From Candidatus Zixiibacteriota bacterium (GTDB lineage: Bacteria > RBG-13-66-14 > B26-G2 > WVWN01), in NCBI GenBank assembly GCA_050117845.1, contig JASFLY010000021.1, positions 1-49,382 of the forward strand: a stretch of DNA of 49,382 nucleotides, read 5' to 3'. A program made the position numbers and the translations under genes. This document shows positions 35,584 to 44,678 of this stretch, piece by piece. Numbering within the stretch: position 1 is the first letter of the stretch; each line of letters opens with the position of its first letter. Under the pieces are notes generated by a model. The model did no database searches and was not told the DNA's origin. It saw only the letters and a list, made by a program, of their open reading frames with translations.

Positions 35584-36237
35584 TTAACGTTTTCTTTCCG
35601 ATAACACGCAAAGCTCAAGCAGGTTCGACGCCGCGTCTTCCATCGAAAACACCAGAACGTCGATCCGACTGAGGAAATAATTATAAAAGATAACCGCCAT
35701 TATAGCGACTATCAGGCCCCCGGCGGCGTTGATAAGCGCCGTCGCGATGCCCTGGGCCAGTTTGGCCGCGGCGATTTTCTCCGCGGCGCCCGTGGCCGAT
35801 ATAGCGGCGAAAGACTGGATCATCCCCACGACCGTCCCCAAAAGACCTATGAGGTTGGCGATGGAGCCAATAGTCGCTATCGGGATGATATTCCGTTCCA
35901 GGAGAGCCCCTTCCAGCGCGTTGGCTTCCTGCAACGCCAGGCTGAGTTCGCCCCGCAGGCCCCGCTCCGAAAGCTTCCCGGTTAGCCCCCGGTATTTTTT
36001 TATGCCGGCGGCTACTATTCGGCCCACAGATCCCATCTGGGCCTCGGCGTGTCCTTCCGCAGCTTCCAGATCGCCCTTCTCTATAGCTTCCTTGACCTTG
36101 GGGAATACTTTATTATACGGGATTTGACCCCGCGCGAGCTTCAAGGCCCAGATGCGCTCGAGGGCGAAAGCTATCGTAAGAATCGAAACAAAAAACAGGA
36201 CAATGACCAGCGGGCCGGCCTTGTAGATCATCTCCAT
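35584..36237 (-). CDS. exbB: MotA/TolQ/ExbB proton channel protein
   Basis: IGSIANLIGLLGTVVGMIQSF...LAQGIATALINAAGG; SD AAGGAG. Confidence 0.9.
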   Translation of the reverse strand: MEMIYKAGPLVIVLFFVSILTIAFALERIWALKLARGQIPYNKVFPKVKEAIEKGDLEAAEGHAEAQMGSVGRIVAAGIKKYRGLTGKLSERGLRGELSLALQEANALEGALLERNIIPIATIGSIANLIGLLGTVVGMIQSFAAISATGAAEKIAAAKLAQGIATALINAAGGLIVAIMAVIFYNYFLSRIDVLVFSMEDAASNLLELCVLSERKR

Positions 36238-36263
36238 GCGGCGTTTCTCCTTCCGTTTCGGAA

Positions 36264-36292
36264 AAATTAGGATAAACCGGCCGGCGTGTCAA
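36264..36292 (-). promoter_or_regulatory. sigma70 promoter upstream of exbB
   Basis: TTGACA-17 nt-TAATTT. Confidence 0.55.
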
Positions 36293-36324
36293 GTGTTTTT
36301 TTCCGGCGTCTCCTCGGGCGTTCC

Positions 36325-39300
36325 CTAGAACGATATCTCGAAGTCCCCCCGGACGCCCACGGTAACGTAATCCTGGCCCGTCATCGTCAGGTTGGAGTAG
36401 CGGATGATGGAGCCGCTCACGTCGGCCCGGAGGTTCGTCGTTATGGTGTAGCCGCCGGAAAGCGTGTAGTCCCACTGGTCGGTGTCGTCCTGCTCGGCCT
36501 CGATGCCGCGCGTCCGCGTAAGCGCCACCCCGGCGGAGAGGTTAAGCTCGTTGCGCCAGCGCAGCGTCCCCAGCAGCGGCAATTTGAAACCCTTCGGGTT
36601 GGCGAGGTCGTAGTAGACGGTCAGCGACGGGTTCTCCTGTTTTAGAATACGTTCGACGTCGGTCGGGAGGTCCGTGTCGGGGTCGAGTTCCTGGGTGGTG
36701 GTATGGGTGTAATCGTAATCGGCCCGGGTGCGGAAATTGCGCGACCAGGTCGCCCGCCAGGATATCCCGGGGCGCTGTTGTATTACGATGTCGCTACGTT
36801 CCCGATAGTTCTTTCTCCGGGTGTAACTTACGACTACGGTCGAACGTTCGAGATAGGCCGCCACCAGCGGGAAGTTCTTGGTCCCGTAAAGCTGGCACGT
36901 CACGTCCGGGAAGGTGGTGCTGGTCAGTTTGTAGGGCGAACCGGAATCCGCGAGTTCGTTGGAATACGAGAAGTCGAAGTCCGTTTGAATGAAGTCCCAG
37001 TTCTCCCACTGCGTGCCGGTCCGGTAGCTCATGAATTCGAGAGGCCGGAAACGGTTATTCACCGATACGGTGTAGCGCCGTCGGGAGTTTACGAATCGGT
37101 CCGTGAATTCCGGCAATATGAAATCCCGCCCCAGGCGGTACCAACTCGGCGCCCGGATCGTCATGCCCGTGTAGCTGGACGAGCGAACGAGGTCGTAAGA
37201 GGGGGTGATGGACCACTTATTGATGCCGTGCGCCCTCTCGTCCGTCAGCTTGCCGATGTCCACCGGGACCGTGAAATTATAGTTCGTGGAGAGCGACAGG
37301 TCGAGCGTCTGGCCCGCGGCGAGCGTGGGCCCGTCCGCGCCGCCGCCCCCTCCGGTGCTGCCGAGCACGGCTATCTCGCGATAGCTGCTGGTATACGAGG
37401 TCCCCGGCCTCAGGCCCTTGACCCGGAAGTAGTTCACCTTCATCCCGTACGATTCGTCGAACGATTCCTCGGTCCGGTCGACGCGATCCCGGGTGTAGGA
37501 GTAGTCGTACGACGGCGTTATTTCGAGGTCCTCGATCGGTTCGAACTTTATCGAGCTCCGGCTGTCGTCCGTAACCCAGTCGGTCCCGGTGTCCTCTTTC
37601 CCCTTTTCGTCGTAGCGGGTTTTGCGGAAGCGCCGGTCGAAGTTACTGCGGACGTTGACCGGGAGGTAGCGTTTGCGCGGATAAATGTCGTAATCCATAC
37701 CGCCGCTGTAGGTATCGGCCTCGTAGGTCCGGGCGTATTTATAGTTCACGGAGTCGGAGTTGGCGAATTTGAAGTTTAAGCTCGGTAGTTTGTATTTGCT
37801 GAAGGATATGCCGATATTTCGGGAAATGGCTATCGTCTTCCCCTGGCTGTAAATGGAGCGTTGGGGGTCGTACTTTTCTTCGGTTATCGTCTCCATCTTG
37901 CTCAATCCCCCGGAGAGCGGCATGCGGACGTTCCACAGGTCCGGCATGAATTTCGATAACTCCACGGTGGTGTCGGCGTTCTTGCTGGTCGTCGTGGAGG
38001 TGGCGACGGAGGTCGTGCCTATCTCCTCGAAGCCGGCGCCCATGTCGCGCGCGCCGACGTTCACCTTGACGAAATTGCCGAAATCGAGGCTGGTACTCGC
38101 CCGCCACGCCTGGCCCAACTGCTTATCGGGGTCGAGCAGCATGATATCGTTTATCCAGACTTCCCGGTAGTCCAGGAAGCCGCCGGACCCGCCTTCTTCA
38201 GGTACTTTCGTTCGCATCCCCACCCGGATCTCGACTATATTTAAAAGCGACGGGTCGCCGACGATGCGATAGTGGCCGTTGTGGATGGGCAGGTCGGCGC
38301 TAATGAACGGCTGGCCTTTTTGCTGGATTCTCAGGAACTCCTCCAGGTCGACGGATACCACTATCCAGCGGTCGTCGTCCGGTTGCATCTGGACCGAGTA
38401 CTCGTAGTAGTTGTCCTCGTCCGCGCCGAAGCGGAGGAATACGATGTCGTTGATGGAGTTGACGTGCGTGGCGTCGCGCGGCGTACGGTTGAAATAATAG
38501 AAGTCCAATTGTTTATATTTCGAATAATCGTCGCCGCTGTAATTGGTGTAGCGGGTAGACGCCTCCGGCGCCGGTTCCTCGTCGAGCAGGCCGTTGCCGG
38601 CGCCGACGCCGTAGGGGCCGACGCCTATGTCCTCGCCCGGGTCCAGCACGCCGTTATGGTTGGCGTCCTCGGTATCGTACCGGTCGTTCCCGGCGCCCCA
38701 GGTGCGGCCGATTGCGGTGCCGTTTTCCTCTTGGCCTAGTTTCTCGAAGACCCCGACGTCCTCCCAATCCGTGAGGACGTACTCCATCACCAGGGCCTGC
38801 TCGCGCTCCGTCGTCCCGGTCTCCGTATCTTCAACCGGTCGGAGCGGGACGTAGTCGGCGTCGTGGCGGCTGTCCTTGGTGGATATCTTCATCTCGTTCA
38901 AGCCCGTAGCGGGCGAAACCACCGGCTGCTCCCACTTCATCGCCGAGAACGATACCGTTCCCAGAAGGATCATGGAGCCCGCCGGGAAGTCGTCGTCGTC
39001 CTCGGCTTCCAGCCAGAGCCGCAGGACCTGGACGCTGGTGGCGTCCGGGTTCCCCTCGGCCTCCGCGGAATCGAGTTCGAGCGGGACGCGCAGGATGTAC
39101 CACCCCGCGTTGAGCGGGGCCTTCGGGTCGGCCGGGCCGCGCGTGAGGTACGGCGACGAGCCGTCCAAGACCTCGTTTAAATCAATGGTGTACTTGAAAT
39201 AGTCGTCGTCGGTATCGAGGACGAGGTTGCGGTTGTTGTCCTCGGTGTCGATGACGTTTTTATTGTCGATACGTTGAAAGATATAGCCTTGGGGGACCGG

Positions 39301-42225
39301 TGGTGAGGACTCCGGTTCCGTTTGGTTATCGGTATTATTAAAATCATAACCGACGTCGTTATCGGTAGTCAGGTTGCCGTTGTCGGTAAGCTTCTCCGTT
39401 CCCAGGACGTGGTTGCCGTCGGCGTCCTCGCTAATCGTGCCCAGGTTGAGGTGCAGCAGGCCGCCGTTGACGTCGTCGTCGGTCGATAGCGTCTGGCCGT
39501 TTAGGTTCAGCATTATCTCGACGTACTCGAAACGCGTCTCGGTGAAGTCGACGCCGGAGGGGGAGAGGACGCGGTGGATGGCGCCCCAACGCGAAGGCCG
39601 CGGCGGGTTCGGATTCGTGTCGTTCGGATTGTCGGGAAGGTCGTATACCCGCAGGAGGTCGAGCGTATCGGCGGGCCAGTCCGGGTCGACTTCGGATAAT
39701 CTGTGTTCCGGTTCCTCTTCCAAACCAAGGAGGCGGCCGCCGCGGTTGGAATGGTCAATGCCGGCCGCTATGGGGGCGCTGGAGTATTTCCAGGCCTCCT
39801 TGCTCATCGGTATCGTCGATAGCTGGCGGGCGCCCTCCATGTCGTCTATGAGCGCCTTATCGACCGTATTGACGTCCTTGTAGGATTTGGCGAACTCGGC
39901 CTCGACTTCCAGCGAGGAGCCTTCGCTGGTGTGGGCCCCCGGGACCGCGTCGGCTATTTTGGTCATTATCTCCGGGTAGAAACGGTACTTGGCGTCGGCG
40001 TCGAAGATGTAGTGGTTGACCGGCGCCTCCTCGATTTTGGGGATATCGTCGCCGGGCGGTTTGGACGAGAATTCGGCGATGAGCGTCGTTCCCAGGTATC
40101 GGTCGTCGTCCGGGCCGAACTGGAAGCGCGTTCCCACCAGCGACTTCGTGAGGAGCGCGAAGAGCGGCTTGTATTCGTACGTGACCTCGAGGACGGACGT
40201 CGGGTCGTCCGCGCCCTCTATAAGAAGCGAGAGGATGCCGGAGTCGTAATCCAGCCAGTAGTCCTGGTTGGGCACCAGGACCTGGCCGTTGAGCTTGACC
40301 GTCTCCGAGCCCGGGATGATGTTGAGGCTCAGGAAGTAGGACGGCTTGAGCGACTCGTACTCCACGTAGAACTTTCGTTTGCTTTCCGTTTCGGGCGGGT
40401 ACGCATCCTTGAATTCGACGGTTCCGCTGCCGTCGTAGTCGAACGGCAGGTAGTCAAGGTAGCCGTCGTTGTTGCGGTCGCGGCGGGCGAAGCCGTTTTT
40501 ATAGTCCACGTCCGGGACGATGAGGTAGCCGTAGGTGTTGTCGATGAAGTCGCCGTCGACGCGGCCGTCGCCGTCCGGGGACGGGCTCTGGTCGAGGCCC
40601 AGCGTGTAGAGGTACGTCCTGCCCTCCGTCTCCGGGTCGTTCTCGCTGTCGTTGTTATCCAGGACCTTTACGACGAGCGACGTGCTGCGGATGTTTGCGC
40701 TCCCCAAATAATAGTAGTTCTTCAGTTCGTACCGCTGCAGGTCGCCGCCCTTGCCGCTCTTTTTAATACATTTCAGGTCTTCCTGGAATACGTTGCTTTC
40801 GTTGTAGTTGAGGACGTACACCTCACTCCCCGGCTCGGTTTCGCTATACCCTATATCGTAGATGGGGCGGTTGTCCGCGTTCGCAATAACGTAAGCCACG
40901 GCCAAGTAATCGGTTTCTTCGATATTCGTATTGAACGTTATGACGCCGGAATCGACGTCGACCAGGTACTGTTCGCCCCGCGTTAGTTTCCTCCATTTAT
41001 ATGTTTTCGAATTCGGTATTATCTCCTCTCCTTTTTCTTCTTGCGGGGTCGCGTTATCGTCGAACTCGTATGCGCCTAGTTTATAATCGGTGATCCCCTG
41101 GGGAAAATAGGTCGGCTGATATAGGAATATTTCGACCTTGGGGATGCCCTGCGTGTCGGTGAAGATTTTATTTCCGGCCTCGAAGAACGTGACGTCACTC
41201 CCGGCGTCGTAGGCCGCATTCAGGAGGTAGAACTTGCGTTGGGAATAGCCGGTATCGGAGACGGTGGTGCTCGTGAGTTCCGTCCCACCGGTGAACGAGG
41301 CCCGCTTGGTCTCGCCCTTCTCCCGGGAGGCGATGGCCATCATCCGGGCCCACTTGTATTTCAAGTCCACCTTGGCGCCGAAGACCGCGCGGCTCGACGA
41401 GTAGGAGACGAATTCGGTGGAGGGGAGCGAGAGGATGATGTCGCCGAACGCGGCCTCCTGGACCAGCTCGTCCGGGTCCCCCTTGTATACGACCGAGACC
41501 TGGTTGCGCGTATCGTTCTCGCGGGTGTCGTCGTAGTCGACGTAGACGTGGGTCTTGCGGAGGACCGTCCCCTCGATGCGGAGCTGGAGTTCTCCCTCCA
41601 TCGTGATGTCGCCGGCCGGCTGGCCTTCGGAGTAGAGGGGGTTGCCGCCGGCGTAGGTCGTCTTGGAGTAGCCGGCGGAGAAGAGCTTGCGGCCCTCGAA
41701 CTTTATGTCGGAATCGTGGCCCAGCTCGATGTCGGGAATGAGGCCCCGCTCCTGCTCCCACGCGTAGAACTCCTCCTCCTCCCGCATCGCTTTGTAGGAG
41801 TCCACCATAAGCTGGCGGTCAAAGGGCTTCTCGTAATCGGAGACGTAGTAGTAGCGGGCCTCGCGGGCGACGTCGCGCCAGTCGCCGAGCCAGGGGCCGG
41901 GGTCCAGCCCTTCCCACAGGGCCCAGTTCTCGAAATGGAAGGGGAGTACTTCGTTGTCCTCGGGCAGGAGCTCGATGGTGCCGGCGTCGAGCCAGGCGTC
42001 GCGATTGCGATAGGGTACGAACGGGGGCGGCCCCGCCGGTCCCTCCTCCGACGGTTCCTCGCCTGGTACGACCTCCGTGCTAGGGGTCTCCTCGGGCGGC
42101 GGTTCCTCGTATTCCACCGGCCCGACGAATTCCTCAACCGCGGCGGCCAGTACCGGCCAAATCATATAGGCCGCGAGGGCTGCGGTTACGGCCCACGCCG
42201 CCTTGTTTTTTAGTTTGCGGTACAC
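36325..42225 (-). CDS. sprA: SprA/Sov-like type IX secretion outer-membrane translocon
   Basis: 1966 aa with signal peptide; SprA-like blocks YKGDPDELVQEAAFGDIILSLP, IIPGSETVKLNG...DYWLDYDSG, LIDDMEG, LNLGTISED, RFGADEDNYYEY, VWINDIML; beta-strand C-terminus ending in Phe. Confidence 0.85.
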   Translation of the reverse strand: MYRKLKNKAAWAVTAALAAYMIWPVLAAAVEEFVGPVEYEEPPPEETPSTEVVPGEEPSEEGPAGPPPFVPYRNRDAWLDAGTIELLPEDNEVLPFHFENWALWEGLDPGPWLGDWRDVAREARYYYVSDYEKPFDRQLMVDSYKAMREEEEFYAWEQERGLIPDIELGHDSDIKFEGRKLFSAGYSKTTYAGGNPLYSEGQPAGDITMEGELQLRIEGTVLRKTHVYVDYDDTRENDTRNQVSVVYKGDPDELVQEAAFGDIILSLPSTEFVSYSSSRAVFGAKVDLKYKWARMMAIASREKGETKRASFTGGTELTSTTVSDTGYSQRKFYLLNAAYDAGSDVTFFEAGNKIFTDTQGIPKVEIFLYQPTYFPQGITDYKLGAYEFDDNATPQEEKGEEIIPNSKTYKWRKLTRGEQYLVDVDSGVITFNTNIEETDYLAVAYVIANADNRPIYDIGYSETEPGSEVYVLNYNESNVFQEDLKCIKKSGKGGDLQRYELKNYYYLGSANIRSTSLVVKVLDNNDSENDPETEGRTYLYTLGLDQSPSPDGDGRVDGDFIDNTYGYLIVPDVDYKNGFARRDRNNDGYLDYLPFDYDGSGTVEFKDAYPPETESKRKFYVEYESLKPSYFLSLNIIPGSETVKLNGQVLVPNQDYWLDYDSGILSLLIEGADDPTSVLEVTYEYKPLFALLTKSLVGTRFQFGPDDDRYLGTTLIAEFSSKPPGDDIPKIEEAPVNHYIFDADAKYRFYPEIMTKIADAVPGAHTSEGSSLEVEAEFAKSYKDVNTVDKALIDDMEGARQLSTIPMSKEAWKYSSAPIAAGIDHSNRGGRLLGLEEEPEHRLSEVDPDWPADTLDLLRVYDLPDNPNDTNPNPPRPSRWGAIHRVLSPSGVDFTETRFEYVEIMLNLNGQTLSTDDDVNGGLLHLNLGTISEDADGNHVLGTEKLTDNGNLTTDNDVGYDFNNTDNQTEPESSPPVPQGYIFQRIDNKNVIDTEDNNRNLVLDTDDDYFKYTIDLNEVLDGSSPYLTRGPADPKAPLNAGWYILRVPLELDSAEAEGNPDATSVQVLRLWLEAEDDDDFPAGSMILLGTVSFSAMKWEQPVVSPATGLNEMKISTKDSRHDADYVPLRPVEDTETGTTEREQALVMEYVLTDWEDVGVFEKLGQEENGTAIGRTWGAGNDRYDTEDANHNGVLDPGEDIGVGPYGVGAGNGLLDEEPAPEASTRYTNYSGDDYSKYKQLDFYYFNRTPRDATHVNSINDIVFLRFGADEDNYYEYSVQMQPDDDRWIVVSVDLEEFLRIQQKGQPFISADLPIHNGHYRIVGDPSLLNIVEIRVGMRTKVPEEGGSGGFLDYREVWINDIMLLDPDKQLGQAWRASTSLDFGNFVKVNVGARDMGAGFEEIGTTSVATSTTTSKNADTTVELSKFMPDLWNVRMPLSGGLSKMETITEEKYDPQRSIYSQGKTIAISRNIGISFSKYKLPSLNFKFANSDSVNYKYARTYEADTYSGGMDYDIYPRKRYLPVNVRSNFDRRFRKTRYDEKGKEDTGTDWVTDDSRSSIKFEPIEDLEITPSYDYSYTRDRVDRTEESFDESYGMKVNYFRVKGLRPGTSYTSSYREIAVLGSTGGGGGADGPTLAAGQTLDLSLSTNYNFTVPVDIGKLTDERAHGINKWSITPSYDLVRSSSYTGMTIRAPSWYRLGRDFILPEFTDRFVNSRRRYTVSVNNRFRPLEFMSYRTGTQWENWDFIQTDFDFSYSNELADSGSPYKLTSTTFPDVTCQLYGTKNFPLVAAYLERSTVVVSYTRRKNYRERSDIVIQQRPGISWRATWSRNFRTRADYDYTHTTTQELDPDTDLPTDVERILKQENPSLTVYYDLANPKGFKLPLLGTLRWRNELNLSAGVALTRTRGIEAEQDDTDQWDYTLSGGYTITTNLRADVSGSIIRYSNLTMTGQDYVTVGVRGDFEISF

Positions 42226-42372
42226 TTCTAGAGTGTGATTTTAACATACCGTAAAAAAATCTAACAGCACGAACTTGCGGGGGAGCCACGGTTATTATTG
42301 CCTTGATTTGAACGCGGGAGCGGTTATAATCTAATTAGTAAACCTAACCTAAAAAACGAAACGAGGTTATTA

Positions 42373-43341
42373 ATGTATACGAGGCTAATATGCGTCACGT
42401 CGGCCCTTGCGGTTCTGGCCGCGGCGGCCTTCGCCACGCCGCCGACCTTCGAGTACGCCGGCCAGTGGGGCGAGGAAGGTTCGCGCGACGGCGAGTTCCA
42501 GCTGCCGACCGCGGCCGCGTTGTCGTCGGGCGGCCTGGTGTACGTCGTCGACAACGGCAATAGCCGCGTCCAGTATTTCACCGGAACCGGGAACTTCTGC
42601 GGGAAGTGGGGCTCGGCCGGTTCCGGGGAGGGCGAGTTCGCCAACCCCGTCGGCATCGCCATCAATTCCGAGGGCACCGTTTACGTCGTCGATTCCTATA
42701 ACAACCGTATCCAATACTTCACGTCGAGCGGGAGCTTCGTCGGCGAGTGGGGCACGGCCGGCAGCGGGGACGGCGAGTTCAATTATCCCGAGGGTATAGC
42801 GGTCGCGTCCACCGGCAACGTATACGTCGTCGACTCCGGCAACAACCGCGTCCAGTACTTCGACGCCACCGGCAGCTTCCTCGGCAAGTGGGGCTCGGCC
42901 GGAACGGCCAACGGCGAGTTCTCCTATCCCCGGGGCGTGGGCATCGCCTCCGGAGGCCGGGTCTTCGTCACCGATTCCAGCAACCGCCGCGTACAATACT
43001 TCACCGCCGCCGGCGTTTACCGCGGCCAGTGGGGAGTGTACGGCAGCGGTCAGGGCGAGTTCACCCTTCCCATCGGCGTGGCCGTGGCGCCGAACCGGAA
43101 CGTCTTCGTCACGGACCGGCACCGCATCCAGGTCTTCGACACCAACGGCGGCTTTATCACGGAATGGGGCTCCCGGGGTTCCGGCAACGGCCAGTTCGTG
43201 GACCCGGAGGATATCGCGATGAACTCCAACTCGCGGGTCTACGTCGTCGATCGCCGAAATAGCCGAATGCAATATTTCGATTACGTGAACCCGGCGGTCG
43301 AGCCCACGTCTTTCGGAAAAGTGCGTGCACTCTTTAGATAG
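42373..43341 (+). CDS. Secreted NHL-repeat beta-propeller with short C-terminal motif
   Basis: Signal peptide; six GEFxxPxGIAxxxxGxVYVVDxxNxRVQYF-type repeats; ends AVEPTSFGKVRALFR. Confidence 0.92.
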   Translation: MYTRLICVTSALAVLAAAAFATPPTFEYAGQWGEEGSRDGEFQLPTAAALSSGGLVYVVDNGNSRVQYFTGTGNFCGKWGSAGSGEGEFANPVGIAINSEGTVYVVDSYNNRIQYFTSSGSFVGEWGTAGSGDGEFNYPEGIAVASTGNVYVVDSGNNRVQYFDATGSFLGKWGSAGTANGEFSYPRGVGIASGGRVFVTDSSNRRVQYFTAAGVYRGQWGVYGSGQGEFTLPIGVAVAPNRNVFVTDRHRIQVFDTNGGFITEWGSRGSGNGQFVDPEDIAMNSNSRVYVVDRRNSRMQYFDYVNPAVEPTSFGKVRALFR

Positions 43342-43365
43342 CAATTACCCGCAAATGGTTGAATG

Positions 43366-43393
43366 CGAAAGCCGCCCTGACGGGCGGCTTTCG
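43366..43393. terminator. Bidirectional hairpin terminator
   Basis: CGAAAGCCGCCC-TGAC-GGGCGGCTTTCG. Confidence 0.7.
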
Positions 43394-43424
43394 GTTGAAA
43401 GGAGGGAGGAGGCTGGTATCCGTT

Positions 43425-44519
43425 CTACTCGGCCACGCAGGAGCCGAAGGTGAACGCGAAGATGGAGACGCCCGGGCCGGCCGGGTGCAGCGAGAATTCG
43501 GCCGAACCGTACTCCTCGGCGTCGAGCAGCCGGTACATCCGGCCCGCGGACGCGGCGACGTACGAGCCGCGCTCGTCGAACGCCACGTCGGCGCCGGCCT
43601 CGTTCTCGGCCAGGGGCCGGCCGTCTTTTTCCAGATAAACGCGGACTTCCTCGCCCCGCGGGGCCGAAATCACCGCGTTTATCTCGTTGCCCTGGAATTG
43701 CAATAACATATATGTGTCGGCCGGGGACGAACCCTCGGCCGTCGCCTGCTCCTCGCCCACGCGCCATTCGCCGTGGAGGTAGAGTACGTTCCGGGCGCGG
43801 CCGGTGGCCCGGTCGTCGTGATACTGTTTCGTCTCGTCGCGACCTATCTTATCGTCGTTGCCGTAGCGGCCTCGGCCGTAACCACAGTACAATTCCGGCG
43901 TCCGCGGGTAACAAACGGCCCCGGCGGCGTCGGCCTCGCGGACAGGCGTCATTACGGACGGCAGTTCGGCGGCCGGGTCCTCCTCCAGGATGAGCCGTTG
44001 GAGGAGCGCTTCGGTCTCGGCGTAACCGCCCTCGCCGGCGTGGTCGTATATTATCTTGCCGTTCCGGTCGACGATATATTTACGCGGCCAGTACCGGTTG
44101 GCGTACAAGTCCCATATCTCGTAGTCGTTATCCAGTACGACTGGATATTCTATGCCGAAGTCCTCTACCGCCCGGGCGACGTTGGCCCGCTCCCGGCCGA
44201 AGGTGAATTCCGGCGTATGGACACCTATTATCACCACGCCGTGGTCGGCGTAACGGCGGTGCCACTCCGTGACGTACGGGAGGGTCCGGATGCAATTGAC
44301 GCAGGTATATTCCCAGAAATCTATAACGACGATCTGGCCGCGAAGGCTCTCCATCGTCTGCGGTTCGGCGTTTATCCAGCGGTCCGCCGGGTAGGTCGGG
44401 AACTCCGGCGCCCGGACGCCGACGGCGTTGTCGGATAGCATGCTTCTCCCTTTGCAGGACGTTGCCCCGGCCACGAGCGCCGCGGCGATTACTATGGCCA
44501 GCGTGTTTTTCCATCTCAT
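43425..44519 (-). CDS. DipZ C-terminal-like thioredoxin-fold lipoprotein (no CcdA-like membrane domain)
   Basis: Lipobox ATSC; DFWEYTCVNC, IGVHTPEF, NRYWP, GEGGY, TPELYCG, AFTFG; start ATG 44519. Confidence 0.85.
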   Translation of the reverse strand: MRWKNTLAIVIAAALVAGATSCKGRSMLSDNAVGVRAPEFPTYPADRWINAEPQTMESLRGQIVVIDFWEYTCVNCIRTLPYVTEWHRRYADHGVVIIGVHTPEFTFGRERANVARAVEDFGIEYPVVLDNDYEIWDLYANRYWPRKYIVDRNGKIIYDHAGEGGYAETEALLQRLILEEDPAAELPSVMTPVREADAAGAVCYPRTPELYCGYGRGRYGNDDKIGRDETKQYHDDRATGRARNVLYLHGEWRVGEEQATAEGSSPADTYMLLQFQGNEINAVISAPRGEEVRVYLEKDGRPLAENEAGADVAFDERGSYVAASAGRMYRLLDAEEYGSAEFSLHPAGPGVSIFAFTFGSCVAE

Positions 44520-44526
44520 ATATGTT

Positions 44527-44555
44527 ATAATATCATATATAATTAAACGCGTCAA
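44527..44555 (-). promoter_or_regulatory. sigma70 promoter giving a leaderless transcript
   Basis: TTGACG-17 nt (ending TGa)-TATTAT-7 nt-ATG, no SD. Confidence 0.6.
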
Positions 44556-44678
44556 GTATAATAAAAACCGATCGGCCGGCCGTTTTCTATTGCCGCGTCG
44601 GGCCGAGTGTGCTAGTTTACTCGAAAACGACGCGGCCTAATGCCAACAATTTCAAATAAATACGACGGAGCGCGCGGA

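Noticed and set aside
1041..42213. Many long Arg/Pro/Gly-rich alternative-frame and antisense ORFs (e.g. 1041-2273, 2621-3610, 22244-23365, 23925-24962, 36703-37779, 39931-40986, 41239-42213)
   Set aside because: Shadow ORFs expected in GC-rich coding DNA; each overlaps a well-supported gene and lacks family motifs.
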